A stretch of DNA of 32,000 nucleotides, taken from Pseudomonas aeruginosa (GTDB lineage Bacteria; Pseudomonadota; Gammaproteobacteria; Pseudomonadales; Pseudomonadaceae). This document shows positions 10,615 through 20,331 of this stretch, piece by piece; the first letter of the stretch is position 1; the number at the start of each line of letters is the position of its first letter. The notes under the pieces are model-generated. The model had not been told where the DNA came from and ran no database searches. It worked only from the letters and a program-made list of their open reading frames with translations. The translations under genes and the position numbers were made by a program. Location: the NCBI RefSeq assembly GCF_001457615.1, contig NZ_LN831024.1:1500001-1532000 (forward strand), read 5' to 3'.

Positions 10615-12599
10615 GCCTGTGCCTCGCGCTCGCGGAGCGCTTCGTGGAGGAAGAAGTCGAGGGTCTTGCCGATGGTCTCGCGCAGTTCGATGGTGGGCTG
10701 CCAGTCGAGCAGGCGCCGGGCGTTGTCGATGCTCGGCTTGCGGTGGGCCACGTCCTGGTAGCCGTCGCCGTAGAAGCTGCGGCTCTCCACCTCGCGGAAG
10801 CCGGCGAAGGGCGGGAACTGCGCGCGCAGCGGGTGGGCCTCGAACTGGCGCAGCAGTTCCTCGCCGAGCTGGCGGATGCTCGCCTCGTTGTCCGGGTTGC
10901 CGATGTTGACGATCTGCCCGTCGCAGCGGCCGTCGCGGTTGTCGATGATCCGCGCGAGGGCCTCGATGCCGTCGTCGACGTCGGTGAAGCAGCGCTTCTG
11001 CGCGCCGCCGTCGACCAGGCGGATCGGCGTGCCTTCGACCAGGTGCAGGATGAGCTGGGTGATCGCCCGCGAGCTGCCGATCCGCGCCGAATCCAGGCGG
11101 TCCAGGCGCGGGCCCATCCAGTTGAACGGACGGAACAGGGTGAAGCGCAGGCCCTGCTGGCCGTAGGCCCAGATCACCCGGTCGAGCAACTGCTTGGACA
11201 CCGAGTAGATCCAGCGCTGCTTGTTGATCGGCCCGACCACCAGGTTCGAGCGGTCTTCGTCGAAGTCCGGGTCCTGGCACATGCCGTAGACCTCGGAGGT
11301 GGAAGGGAACACCACGCGTTTGCCGTATTTCACGCAGTAGCGGACGATCCGCAGGTTTTCCTCGAAGTCCAGTTCGAACACCCGCAGCGGGTTGCGCGTG
11401 TACTCGATGGGCGTGGCGATGGCCACCAGCGGCAGGATCACGTCGCATTTCTTCACATGGTATTCGAGCCACTCCGAATGGATGCCGATGTCGCCTTCGA
11501 CGAAGTGGAAATGCGGGTCGGCCTTGAGCCGTTCGATGGCGTCGGAGCCGATGTCCATGCCGTGGACCTCGTAGCGACCGTCGCGCAGCAGGCGTTCGGA
11601 CAGGTGGTTGCCGATGAAGCCGTTGACCCCGAGGATCAGCACCCGCGTGCGGCGCTGCGGGCCGGACGCCGCGCCACGCAGGCGCGCGCCCTCGACCAGG
11701 CCCAGCTCGGTGGCCAGTTGCGTGCCGGCCAGGTACAGGCCGCGCTCGCCGCGCTGGCCGAAGCGCAGCACCAGCGAGTCCTCGCCGCAGGCGATCCGCA
11801 GCGGGTCGCAGGACAGTACGCTGCCCGGCTCGCGACCGTGGTTGCCGGCGACCACCTCGGCGCTCCAGACGATCAGCTTCTGTTCGCCGACCTGGCAGAA
11901 GGCGCCAGGGTAGGGCTGGGTCACCGCGCGCACCAGGTCGTACAACTGCCGTGCCGGCCTGTGCCAGTCGAGCAGGCCGTCCGCCGGGGTGCGCCGGCCG
12001 AAGTGGCTGGCCTGGCTCTCGTCCTGCTCGACTTCCGGCAGCACGCCGAGGGCGAGCAGCGGCAGGCTGTCGCGCAGCAGGGCGCCGGCGGCCTTGCGCA
12101 GCTTGCCGTGCAGGCTCAGGGCGGTGTCCTCGGGGTCGATGGCGACGGCCTGCTGGGCGAGGATCGGCCCGGCGTCGGCGCGCTCGATCATGCGATGCAG
12201 GGTCACCCCGGTCTGCGTTTCGCCGTTGACCAGCACCCAGTTCGCCGGGGCGCGTCCGCGGTAGCGCGGCAGCAGCGAACCGTGCAGGTTGTAGGCGCCG
12301 CGTGCGGCGCAGGCGAGCAGCTCGGCGCCGAGCAGGCGGCGGTAATAGAAGGAGAACAGGAAGTCCGGGCGCAGTTGGCGGATGCGCTCCAGCCACAGCG
12401 GATGGTTCACGTCCTCGGGCGCGTGCAGCGGAATGCCGCGCTCGGCGCAGAGGCGTGCGACCGAGGCGTAGAAGGTGTTTTCCCGTGGGTCGTCGGCATG
12501 GGTGAAGACGGCGGCGATCTCGTAGCCGGCATTGAGCAGGGCTTCGATACCGGTGCAACCGATGTCGTGGTAGGCGAAGACGACGGCTTTCGAGGTCAT
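10611..12599 (-). CDS. arnA: bifunctional UDP-4-amino-4-deoxy-L-arabinose formyltransferase / UDP-glucuronate decarboxylase, 662 aa
   Basis: N-terminal formyltransferase ([24 protein letters not shown]) plus C-terminal SDR domain ([17 protein letters not shown]...[16 protein letters not shown]). Confidence 0.96.
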   Translation of the reverse strand: MTSKAVVFAYHDIGCTGIEALLNAGYEIAAVFTHADDPRENTFYASVARLCAERGIPLHAPEDVNHPLWLERIRQLRPDFLFSFYYRRLLGAELLACAARGAYNLHGSLLPRYRGRAPANWVLVNGETQTGVTLHRMIERADAGPILAQQAVAIDPEDTALSLHGKLRKAAGALLRDSLPLLALGVLPEVEQDESQASHFGRRTPADGLLDWHRPARQLYDLVRAVTQPYPGAFCQVGEQKLIVWSAEVVAGNHGREPGSVLSCDPLRIACGEDSLVLRFGQRGERGLYLAGTQLATELGLVEGARLRGAASGPQRRTRVLILGVNGFIGNHLSERLLRDGRYEVHGMDIGSDAIERLKADPHFHFVEGDIGIHSEWLEYHVKKCDVILPLVAIATPIEYTRNPLRVFELDFEENLRIVRYCVKYGKRVVFPSTSEVYGMCQDPDFDEDRSNLVVGPINKQRWIYSVSKQLLDRVIWAYGQQGLRFTLFRPFNWMGPRLDRLDSARIGSSRAITQLILHLVEGTPIRLVDGGAQKRCFTDVDDGIEALARIIDNRDGRCDGQIVNIGNPDNEASIRQLGEELLRQFEAHPLRAQFPPFAGFREVESRSFYGDGYQDVAHRKPSIDNARRLLDWQPTIELRETIGKTLDFFLHEALREREAQA

Positions 12600-13615
12600 G
12601 GCGTGGAAGGCTCGCTGGATGAAGAGGTGAAACCGGCCCGCTGCAGGGCCGAGGGAAGCGCGGAGGGCGTGGCGCGGACCACGCGCTCGATGAAGAAGCG
12701 CGGCCGCGCGCGCACGTCGCTGTACATGCGCCCGAGGTACTCGCCGAGCAGGCCCATGCCGAGCAACTGCACGCCGCTGAACATGAACAGCACGGCGAAC
12801 AGCACGAACAGGCCGTTGCCGGCCCAGGCGGCGCCGAAGGCCAGGCGCAGCACGAGGAGGAACAGGGCGAAGAGGAAGCCGGCCAGGGCCATGCCGCCGC
12901 CGACCAGGCTGAGCAGGCGCAGCGGCGTGGTGGTCATGCAGGTGACCAGGTCGAACATCAGGTTGAGCAGGCGCATCGCGCTGTATTTCGATTCGCCGTG
13001 GGCGCGCTCGGCGTGGGCGACGCGGATCTCGCAGGTATGCCGGGCGAAGCCGTTGGCCAGGATCGGGATGAAGGTACTGCGTTCGCGGCAGGCCAGCATC
13101 GCTTCGACGATGCTGCGCCGGTAGGCGCGCAGCATGCAGCCGTAGTCGTGCATGGCGACCCCGGTGGAGCGCTGCACCGCCAGGTTCACCAGGCGCGAAG
13201 GCCAGCGCCGCCAGGCCGAGTCCTGGCGCTCGGCGCGGATGCTGCCGACCACGTCGTAGCCCTGCGCGGCGCGCTCCACCAGGCGCGGGATTTCCTCCGG
13301 CGGGTTCTGCAGGTCGGCATCGAGGGTGATCACCAGGTCGCCACGGGACTGCTCGAAGCCGGCGAGGATCGCCGCGTGCTGGCCGTAGTTGCGGTTGAGG
13401 ATCACCGCCACCACGGCGCTGCCGTCGCGTTCGGCGGCGGCCTGCAAGAGTTCCGCGGAGCGGTCGCGGCTGCCGTCGTCGACCAGCACGATCTCGAAGG
13501 CGCGGCCCAGCTCCAGGCAGGCGGCCTCGGTGCGGCGCAGCAGTTCGGGCAGGCTGGCTTCCTCGTTGTAGACCGGGATCACCACCGAGACCAGGTCGAT
13601 CGGATAGGGCTTCAT
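12596..13615 (-). CDS. arnC: undecaprenyl-phosphate 4-deoxy-4-formamido-L-arabinose transferase (GT2), 339 aa
   Basis: [38 protein letters not shown]-terminal TM helices. ATG 13615 overlaps the arnB stop; the longer ORF to 13720 lies inside arnB. Confidence 0.95.
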   Translation of the reverse strand: MKPYPIDLVSVVIPVYNEEASLPELLRRTEAACLELGRAFEIVLVDDGSRDRSAELLQAAAERDGSAVVAVILNRNYGQHAAILAGFEQSRGDLVITLDADLQNPPEEIPRLVERAAQGYDVVGSIRAERQDSAWRRWPSRLVNLAVQRSTGVAMHDYGCMLRAYRRSIVEAMLACRERSTFIPILANGFARHTCEIRVAHAERAHGESKYSAMRLLNLMFDLVTCMTTTPLRLLSLVGGGMALAGFLFALFLLVLRLAFGAAWAGNGLFVLFAVLFMFSGVQLLGMGLLGEYLGRMYSDVRARPRFFIERVVRATPSALPSALQRAGFTSSSSEPSTP

Positions 13616-14760
13616 CGACGTTTCTCCAGGATGTCCTCGATGGCGCGGGCGACGCGCTCGATGTCGTCGTCGCGCATGTCGGGGAACAGCGGGATGGAGC
13701 ACAGGCGGGCCGAGTTCCACTCGCTGTTGGGCAGGCTCAGGCGCGGCTGGCGCTGGCGGTAGTAGTGGTGCAGGTGACTGGCGATGAAATGGATGCCGCT
13801 ACCGATGCCGCGCGCCTTCAGGGCTTCCATGAAGGCGTCGCGGCCCAGGCCGCAGGCCTCGGCGTCGATGCGCAGGATGAACAGGTGCCAGGCGTGGCGC
13901 TGCTTGTGCGCGGGCAGGCCGAGCGGCGCCAGCGGCAGGCCGGCGAGGCGCTCCAGGTAGCGTTCGGCGAGGGCCTGGCGGCGCGCGTTGAGCGCGTCCA
14001 GGCGCTTGAGCTGGACCAGCGCGAGGGCGGCGTTGAGGTCGGCCAGGTTGTATTTGAAACCGGGCTCGATCACTTCCGCCTGCGGCTTGCGTCCATGGCT
14101 CAGGCGGTCGTAGGCATCGACCCCGAGGCCGTGGAACTTGAGGCGGCGGACCCGTTCGGCGAGGGCGCTGTCGTCGCTGACGAACATCGCGCCTTCGGCG
14201 CAGGTCAGGTTCTTGATCGCGTGGAAGGAAAAGATCGCCGTGCCGCGGGAGCCTACCGGGCGCCCGCGGTATTCGCTGCCGACCGCGTGGGCGGCGTCCT
14301 CGACCAGGGCGATGCCGTGGCGCCCGGCGACCGTGCGCAGGCCTTCGAGATCCAGGGTGGAGCCGGCGTAGTGCACCGGCACGATGGCGCGGGTGCGCGG
14401 GCCGATGGCGGCTTCCACTGCCTGCGCCGAACACATCAGGGTGTCGCGGTCGACGTCGACGAACACCGGGGTGGCGCCGAGCAGGGTGATGACGTTGGCG
14501 GTGGAGACCCAGGTCAGCGACGGCGTGATCACTTCGTCGCCGGGGCCGATGCCCAGCGCCAGCAGGGTGACGTGCAGGGCGCCGGTGGCCGAGGATAGCG
14601 CCACCGCGTGGCGGCAGCCGAGGCGTTCGGCGAAGCGCTGTTCGAGCTCCTGGTTCTTCGGCCCGGTGGTGATCCAGCCGGAACGCAGGACCTGCTCCAC
14701 GGCGGCGATTTCGTCCTCGCCGATGCTTGGCCGGGAGAATGGCAGAAAGTCCAGTGACAT
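13612..14760 (-). CDS. arnB: UDP-4-amino-4-deoxy-L-arabinose--oxoglutarate aminotransferase (DegT family), 382 aa
   Basis: [59 protein letters not shown]-lysine motif. Confidence 0.96.
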   Translation of the reverse strand: MSLDFLPFSRPSIGEDEIAAVEQVLRSGWITTGPKNQELEQRFAERLGCRHAVALSSATGALHVTLLALGIGPGDEVITPSLTWVSTANVITLLGATPVFVDVDRDTLMCSAQAVEAAIGPRTRAIVPVHYAGSTLDLEGLRTVAGRHGIALVEDAAHAVGSEYRGRPVGSRGTAIFSFHAIKNLTCAEGAMFVSDDSALAERVRRLKFHGLGVDAYDRLSHGRKPQAEVIEPGFKYNLADLNAALALVQLKRLDALNARRQALAERYLERLAGLPLAPLGLPAHKQRHAWHLFILRIDAEACGLGRDAFMEALKARGIGSGIHFIASHLHHYYRQRQPRLSLPNSEWNSARLCSIPLFPDMRDDDIERVARAIEDILEKRR

Positions 14761-14802
14761 GTAATGAAGCCTCGGTACTGGGAGGGCGGTACGAAGAGGT
14801 TA

Positions 14803-14831
14803 TTTATATGTCGCTGAATGCTGCCTGAACG
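14803..14831 (-). promoter_or_regulatory. candidate arnB promoter core
   Basis: On the - strand, TATAAA (14808-14803) as -10 with CGTTCA (14831-14826) as a weak -35, 17-nt spacer, directly upstream of arnB. Confidence 0.5.
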
Positions 14832-14874
14832 TTTGTTAAGACTCGCTTAACAACGGCTGAATGAAGACTGAACG
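14814..14874 (-). repeat. pair of direct repeats flanking the PmrA-like box
   Basis: CTGAATG-CTGC-CTGAACG at 14814-14831 and CTGAATG-AAGA-CTGAACG at 14857-14874 (+ strand), 43 bp apart, half-sites on an 11-bp pitch. Confidence 0.75.
14835..14851 (-). promoter_or_regulatory. PmrA-like box upstream of the arn operon
   Basis: GTTAAG-CGAGT-CTTAAC on the - strand, resembling the (C/T)TTAA(G/T)-N5-(C/T)TTAA(G/T) PmrA consensus, 3 nt upstream of the candidate -35. Confidence 0.65.
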
Positions 14875-15097
14875 AACTCGAAGAAACTGGAGGATAAAGC
14901 CGGAAGCCTAGTTTTCAGGGGCTTGCAGGGTTGGTTGGAAAGGATCTCGGGTGTTTTCTGAGTGGCTTTTATTAATAACCCGAGTCCTGTTTCTTTAAGG
15001 GTTCATTAATACTCGATGTCCGCTCCCCGTGAATATTCCGGAAACTTCATGGAAACATGGGGAGGGCCAGGGAAAGTCAATCCCGTAGGTTGTCGGA

Positions 15098-15136
15098 AAA
15101 AAACAGCCCCCTGGCGGATCGCTCCGCCAGGGGGCC
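15098..15136 (-). terminator. intrinsic terminator of the alginate operon, downstream of algA
   Basis: 13-bp perfect stem GCCCCCTGGCGGA-TCGC-TCCGCCAGGGGGC (15107-15136) followed on the - strand by a 7-nt T-tract (+ strand A-run 15098-15104). Confidence 0.9.
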
Positions 15137-15147
15137 GGGTCGACGCT

Positions 15148-16593
15148 TCAGCGGCTGCCGGCGACCACTTGCAGGGCCGGTTCGGCGGTGCGCCCGTAGA
15201 CGTCTTCCAGGCGCTCGATGTCGTCCTCGCCGAGGTAGCTGCCGGACTGCACCTCGATGATCTCCAGCGGGATCTTGCCGGGGTTGGCCAGGCGGTGCAC
15301 GGAGGCGATCGGGATGTAGGTCGACTGGTTCTCGGTGAGCAGGAAGGTCTTGTCGTCGCAGGTCACCTGGGCGGTCCCGGAAACCACGATCCAGTGCTCG
15401 GCGCGGTGGTGGTGCATCTGCAGCGAGAGGCGCGCGCCGGGCTTCACGGTGATGTGCTTGACCTGGAAGCGGCCGCCCATGTCCACCGAGTCGTAGGAGC
15501 CCCACGGACGGTAGACCTCGCAGTGGTTCTGGGTCTCGCTGCGGCCCTGGGCGTCGAGGTCCTTGACCACGTGCTTGACGTCCTGCACCCGGTCCTTGTG
15601 GGCGATCATCATGGCGTCCTTGGTTTCCACCACCACGATGTCCTCCAGGCCGATCACCGAGACCAGCTTGCCGTTGCCGTGCACCAGGCAGTTGTGGCTG
15701 TCGTGGACCAGCACGTCGCCCTTGGTGACGTTGCCGTTGGCGTCCTTGGCGTGCACGTCCCAGATCGACGACCAGCTGCCGACATCGTTCCAGCCGGCGG
15801 ACAGCGGCACCACGCAGGCGCGTGAGGTCTTCTCCATCACCGCGTAGTCGATGGAGTTGTCCGGGCAGCATTCGAAGGTGGCGGCGTCGATGTTCACCAG
15901 GTCGCCGTCGTGCTGGCTGCGCTCCAGGGCCAGCAGGCAGGTGTCGTAGATGTCGGCGTCGTGCTTCTTCAGTTCTTCCAGGTAGCGGCTGGCGCGGAAC
16001 AGGAACATGCCGCTGTTCCAGTAGTAGCCGCCGGCGGCGACGAACTCGCGGGCGCGGGCTTCGTCGGGCTTCTCGACGAAGCTCTGCACCCGGCTGACGC
16101 CTTCCGGCAGTTGCGCATCGGCGCTCGCGCGGATGTAGCCGTAGCCGGTCTCGGGGCGGCTGGCGGGAATGCCGAAGAGCACCATCTCGCCCTTTTCGGC
16201 GGCGTTGGTGGCCAGCGCCAGGGCCTGCTGGAAGGCGCGCTGGTCCTCGATCACGTGGTCGGCGGGAAGGATCAGCAGCAGTTCGTCGCGGCCTTCGGCG
16301 ACCAGTTTCATCGCGGCGATGGCCACCGCCGGCGCCGTGTTGCGGCCGAAGGGTTCGAGGAGGATCGCCTGGCTCGCCAGGTTCTGTGCCTCCAGCTGTT
16401 CCTGGACGATGAAGCGGTGCTCCTTGTTGCACACCAGCAGCGGTGCCTGCATGCCGTCGAAGGCCAGGCGCTTGATGGTCTGCTGGAACAGGGTGTCGTC
16501 GCCGGTGAGGGCGAGGAACTGCTTGGGGTACTGCTTGCGGGAAAGAGGCCAGAGTCGCGAGCCGCTGCCACCGGAAAGGATTACTGGGATCAT
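15148..16593 (-). CDS. algA: mannose-6-phosphate isomerase / mannose-1-phosphate guanylyltransferase, 481 aa
   Basis: MIPVILSGGSGSRLWPLSRKQYPKQFL nucleotidyltransferase signature; C-terminal cupin PMI domain (RPWGSYDSVDMGGRFQVKHITVKPGARLSLQMHHHRAEHW). Confidence 0.97.
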   Translation of the reverse strand: MIPVILSGGSGSRLWPLSRKQYPKQFLALTGDDTLFQQTIKRLAFDGMQAPLLVCNKEHRFIVQEQLEAQNLASQAILLEPFGRNTAPAVAIAAMKLVAEGRDELLLILPADHVIEDQRAFQQALALATNAAEKGEMVLFGIPASRPETGYGYIRASADAQLPEGVSRVQSFVEKPDEARAREFVAAGGYYWNSGMFLFRASRYLEELKKHDADIYDTCLLALERSQHDGDLVNIDAATFECCPDNSIDYAVMEKTSRACVVPLSAGWNDVGSWSSIWDVHAKDANGNVTKGDVLVHDSHNCLVHGNGKLVSVIGLEDIVVVETKDAMMIAHKDRVQDVKHVVKDLDAQGRSETQNHCEVYRPWGSYDSVDMGGRFQVKHITVKPGARLSLQMHHHRAEHWIVVSGTAQVTCDDKTFLLTENQSTYIPIASVHRLANPGKIPLEIIEVQSGSYLGEDDIERLEDVYGRTAEPALQVVAGSR

Positions 16594-16789
16594 GTTGTTT
16601 CTCCTTGAAGCGATGCGTCTGTCTAGGGATCCCGCCGCGCGGCGGGATATCTCGTTACCGGGCTCCACGGAGCCCCGGGTGACCTCTCCAGTGCGCTCCT
16701 TCTGCGGGAGCGCTGACGGTTGGTGCGCCGGTGTCGGGCCGGTCTTGTTGTGTGGAATGCCGGGAGGGGCGAGCCTCTCCCGGTCGGTC

Positions 16790-17440
16790 TCAGTCCGCCT
16801 TCACCGGGCGCTTGACCCAGACCGGCGCGAGCTTGCCGCCGCTGCCGGTGACGTACAGGCAGACCACCTCGCCGCGGGCCAGGGTGACTGGCTTCAGGTC
16901 GCTGACCTTCTTGCTGCCGTCGAACAGCGCCAGGTTCACCTTCACCGGGTTGATCTCGCGGTCGCCGTGGCTTTGCGGGCCGACGTCCTTGACCACGTCG
17001 GTCTTGCCGTCGGCGGTCTTCAGGGTCAGCTTCGAGCCGCTGAGGTTCTGCACCCGTACCAGCGCCTTCTGCTTGTTCTTGAACGGCGGCTCGGCCACCA
17101 GCTGCGGCTTGCCGCCGGGCTGGCTGACCAGGGTGTAGTAGCTGTCCGGGTCGAGCTTGACCGGCAGGCTCTGCTGGCCGACCTGGGCGGTGTAGCTGCC
17201 GGGGGGGAGGAACTTGAAGTCGCTGGAACCGAGCGGCGCGACGTCGTTCAGGCTGGTGCTGCCGACCGACACGTCGAGTTCGCTGTTGCCGGCGTTGTAG
17301 GCGCGGACGAAGGCCGAGCCCTTGGGTGCCTGGGGCCCGTACAGGGCGCCCTCGTCGGCCTGCGCGGCGAATGCGGCGACGCCGAGGGAAAGTGCGCAGG
17401 CCAGGCGGGTCCAGGTGTGGCGGCGGGTCATCGGGTTCAT
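16790..17440 (-). CDS. algF: alginate O-acetylation periplasmic protein AlgF, 216 aa
   Basis: Signal peptide then ADEGALYGPQAPKGSAFVRAYNAGNSELDVSVG...; position between algJ and algA. Confidence 0.94.
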   Translation of the reverse strand: MNPMTRRHTWTRLACALSLGVAAFAAQADEGALYGPQAPKGSAFVRAYNAGNSELDVSVGSTSLNDVAPLGSSDFKFLPPGSYTAQVGQQSLPVKLDPDSYYTLVSQPGGKPQLVAEPPFKNKQKALVRVQNLSGSKLTLKTADGKTDVVKDVGPQSHGDREINPVKVNLALFDGSKKVSDLKPVTLARGEVVCLYVTGSGGKLAPVWVKRPVKAD

Positions 17441-17512
17441 GGGTATTCCTCCGTTGCTTCTTCTTCAGCGGGGCGCTCGGCCCCGTGGGTAAACAGCCTT
17501 GGCTGTGTTCGT

Positions 17513-18688
17513 TCAATCGTTGCGGCTGGCGGCCAGGCGCTCATCGCGGCCGCCGCTGGCCTTCAGCTGGGCGACCCAGTCGGCGTCGAACTGGCTGAGG
17601 TCGCTGGCCATCGGCAGGTAGCGCTCGGGAAACTCCCAGACCAGCAGTTGCGGCGGGTCCTTGCGGAAGCCTTCGTCCTGCAGCAGTTCCAGCATCGGTT
17701 CGAGGGGGCCCTTGCCTTCCTTCGCGTAATTGATCAGGTCGGCGGACAGCGCCTGTTTCAGCGCGCCCTCGAAGTTCCACCTGGGGTTGGCGCTGTAGCT
17801 GGTGCCGACCAGCGCCAGGCGCGGTTGCTGGCTATCGCCGAAGAGGTCGTCGCCCGCGCCGGACTGCTGGCCGCCCGGCAGTGCCGGCGCGGCTTCGGTG
17901 GTGCGTTGCTGCAACTGCTCCGGACGCGGCAGCAGTTCGTCGAACAGTGGGTCGAGCGGCAGGAAGCTGAGCAGGTCGCCCTTGTGCGTGCGTTCTTCGC
18001 CGACGCGGGTGACGAAGTTCTGCGCCGGCACATCCAGCAGGTGTGTCTCGCGGATCTCCGCGCCGAGGCGCTGGGCCACGGTTTCCGCGCCGAGCGGCGA
18101 CCAGTGGGTGTCGGTGCGCAGGAACACCGCGCCGTTGTCCTTGGCCTGGCGCAGGCTGCCGAGCAGGTCGGGACTGTCGATGCCGGCGGCGCGGGCGCGG
18201 GCCAGGAAGTCCTGGTAGAGGCTGTCGTGCAGCGCGGCCGGCTGCTCGCGGCCGATGTGCTCGGGATACAGGCGGGCCTTGGCCGGGATCACCGCGAGCA
18301 CCAGCTTGACGCCGCGCCGATTCAGCTCCCGCTGCACGCCGCGTACCAGTGCCCAGTTGTCTTCCAGTTGCTGGCCGCTCGGTGCCGGCTTGAACTCTTC
18401 GTCGGTGAACAGCCAGCCGTCCTTGCCGATCACCACGCCGGGGCGGCCTTCGTGGAACAGCGTGTAGTCGAGTGCGGCCCAGAGGTTGGTGCCCAGGCGC
18501 TTGATCGGGAATTCCTTGTCGTAGTGGGCTTCGAAGGCGTGCGCCAGCTTGCCGTTGAGCAGTGGCGTATCGGCCGCGGCAGAGAAGCCCGGCACGCTCT
18601 TCAGCGACCATCCGGCGAGCCCCAGCAGCAGCCCGCCGAAGGCGGCGATATAGGCGTATTGCAGGGGGCGGGAAATGCTCTGTGTCAT
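17513..18688 (-). CDS. algJ: alginate O-acetyltransferase AlgJ (SGNH hydrolase-like), 391 aa
   Basis: MTQSISRPLQYAYIAAFGG...DTHWSPLGAETVAQ...LVGTSYSANPRWNFEGAL. The ORF-track start at 20140 is over-extended through algI. Confidence 0.94.
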   Translation of the reverse strand: MTQSISRPLQYAYIAAFGGLLLGLAGWSLKSVPGFSAAADTPLLNGKLAHAFEAHYDKEFPIKRLGTNLWAALDYTLFHEGRPGVVIGKDGWLFTDEEFKPAPSGQQLEDNWALVRGVQRELNRRGVKLVLAVIPAKARLYPEHIGREQPAALHDSLYQDFLARARAAGIDSPDLLGSLRQAKDNGAVFLRTDTHWSPLGAETVAQRLGAEIRETHLLDVPAQNFVTRVGEERTHKGDLLSFLPLDPLFDELLPRPEQLQQRTTEAAPALPGGQQSGAGDDLFGDSQQPRLALVGTSYSANPRWNFEGALKQALSADLINYAKEGKGPLEPMLELLQDEGFRKDPPQLLVWEFPERYLPMASDLSQFDADWVAQLKASGGRDERLAASRND

Positions 18689-18702
18689 GGCGTGGGCCTC
18701 GC

Positions 18703-20265
18703 TCAGAACTGGAAGTAGAGGAATGGCGAGTAGCTCTGCGCGGAGAGCTTCAGCACCGAGGCGGCGAACAGCAGGAGCAGCGCCAGGCGGGTGGCCAGGA
18801 CGGGCAACTGGCTGAGCCAGCTCGGCTGGTAGACCAGCGCGCCGCTCGGCGAGTAGGCGATCGCCGCCGGGTCGCCGGCGGCCTCGCGCGGGGCGCGCGG
18901 CTGGGCACTGGCCGGGCCGTCGGCGGCCACTTCGTCGCTGTTCGCCGCGGCCTTGGGCGCCTTGGTCTGCAATGGCTGGTTGTAGAACTGGCGCAGGCCG
19001 AAGAACGCCAGCACCAGGTAGGCCAGGACCAGGGTGCCGACCTGCAGGCCGGTGAGGCTGGCGCGGTTCAGTTCGGAGAGCTGCCAGGTGCCGAAGCTGA
19101 ACATGGCTTCGTACATGCGCCAGGCGACCTGCAGGTTCTCGGCGCGGAAGATCACCCAGCCGATCACCACCAGGAGGAAGGTGAACGCCCACTTCAAAGG
19201 GTTGAGCACGCGCGGCGCGGCGTTCACTCCGAGGGCCCGCTCGATCGCCAGCCACATGCCGTGCCAGGCGCCCCAGATGATGTAGGTGAAGTTGGCGCCG
19301 TGCCACAGGCCGCCGAGGAGCATGGTCAGGAACAGGTTGCGGTAGGTCTGGAAGGTGCTGCCGCGGTTGCCGCCCAGGCTGATGTAGAGGTAGTCGCGCA
19401 GCCAGGTCGACAGGCTGATGTGCCAGCGCCGCCAGAACTCGGTGATCGACTGGCTGATGTAGGGCTGGTTGAAGTTCTCCATGAAGCGGAAGCCCATCAT
19501 CAGGCCGAGGCCGATGGCCATGTCGCTGTAGCCGGAGAAGTCGAAGTAGAGCTGCGCGGTGTAGGCCAGGGCGCCGAGCCAGGCGTCGCCGGTGGTCGGG
19601 TTCTGCAGGGCGAAGCAGTGGTCGGCGAGGGCGGCCAGGGTGTCGGCGATGAACACCTTCTTGACGAAGCCCTGCATGAAGCGGGTGCAGCCTTCGGCGA
19701 ACTTGTCGACGGTGTGGGTGCGGTGGTTGAACTGGTCGACCAGGTCCTTGAAGCGCAGCACCGGGCCGGCGATCAGGTGCGGGAAGATCGCGACGAAGGC
19801 GGCGAAGTCGATCAGGTTGTGGGTCGCCGGGGTATCGCCGCGGTAGACGTCGATGATGTAGCTGATCGACTCGAAGGTGTAGAAGGAGATGCCGATCGGC
19901 AGCAGGATGTGGGTCAGCACGAACGGCTGCATGCCGAACGAGGTGATGATCTCGTTGAGGCTGTCGACGCCGAAGTTGGCGTACTTGAAGTACCCGAGCA
20001 CGCAGAGGTCGACCACCACGCCGAGGATCAGCCAGCGTTGCGCGGCCCTGGTGCGTACGCCGGCGGCGCCGATGCGCAGGCCGATCCAGTAGTTGAAGAC
20101 GGTGACCCCGGCGAACAGCAGGAGGAAGTCCACCCGCCACCAGGCGTAGAACACGTAGCTGGCGATCAGCAGCAGCAGGTTCCGGTAACGTTCGCCGCTC
20201 AGGTAGTACAGGCCGAGAAAGACCGGCAGGAACAGGAACAGGAACACGTTTGAAGAAAAGACCAT
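18703..20265 (-). CDS. algI: MBOAT-family alginate O-acetylation protein AlgI, 520 aa
   Basis: MVFSSNVFLFLFLPVFLGLYYL..., MBOAT motif GGLWHGANFTYIIWGAWHGMWL, multiple TM segments. Confidence 0.96.
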   Translation of the reverse strand: MVFSSNVFLFLFLPVFLGLYYLSGERYRNLLLLIASYVFYAWWRVDFLLLFAGVTVFNYWIGLRIGAAGVRTRAAQRWLILGVVVDLCVLGYFKYANFGVDSLNEIITSFGMQPFVLTHILLPIGISFYTFESISYIIDVYRGDTPATHNLIDFAAFVAIFPHLIAGPVLRFKDLVDQFNHRTHTVDKFAEGCTRFMQGFVKKVFIADTLAALADHCFALQNPTTGDAWLGALAYTAQLYFDFSGYSDMAIGLGLMMGFRFMENFNQPYISQSITEFWRRWHISLSTWLRDYLYISLGGNRGSTFQTYRNLFLTMLLGGLWHGANFTYIIWGAWHGMWLAIERALGVNAAPRVLNPLKWAFTFLLVVIGWVIFRAENLQVAWRMYEAMFSFGTWQLSELNRASLTGLQVGTLVLAYLVLAFFGLRQFYNQPLQTKAPKAAANSDEVAADGPASAQPRAPREAAGDPAAIAYSPSGALVYQPSWLSQLPVLATRLALLLLFAASVLKLSAQSYSPFLYFQF

Positions 20266-20331
20266 GCCGTCTCTCTCTCTAGAGCGTCAACCATTCAGGT
20301 CGGCCCTGCCTTTCCGCGCCCTGGAGCGCTC

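Noticed and set aside
10644-13124. 826-aa + strand ORF opposite arnA/arnC
   Set aside because: Antisense to conserved genes, no motifs, no plausible Shine-Dalgarno-supported start identified.
14946-14984. 7-bp inverted repeat CTCGGGT/ACCCGAG with 25-nt spacing upstream of arnB
   Set aside because: Short stem with a long loop; expected often by chance and not clearly tied to a promoter element.
15016-15825. 269-aa + strand ORF starting in the arnB-algA gap
   Set aside because: Most of its length is antisense to algA and it runs through the algA operon terminator hairpin; no supporting motif.
16169-18718. 849-aa + strand ORF opposite algA/algF/algJ
   Set aside because: Spans three well-supported genes and their gaps on the other strand; Ala/Leu/Arg/Gln-rich with no domain signature.
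17513-20140. 875-aa reading of the algJ frame extending through algI
   Set aside because: The N-terminal half is out-of-frame algI sequence; recognisable AlgJ begins at MTQSISR (18688).
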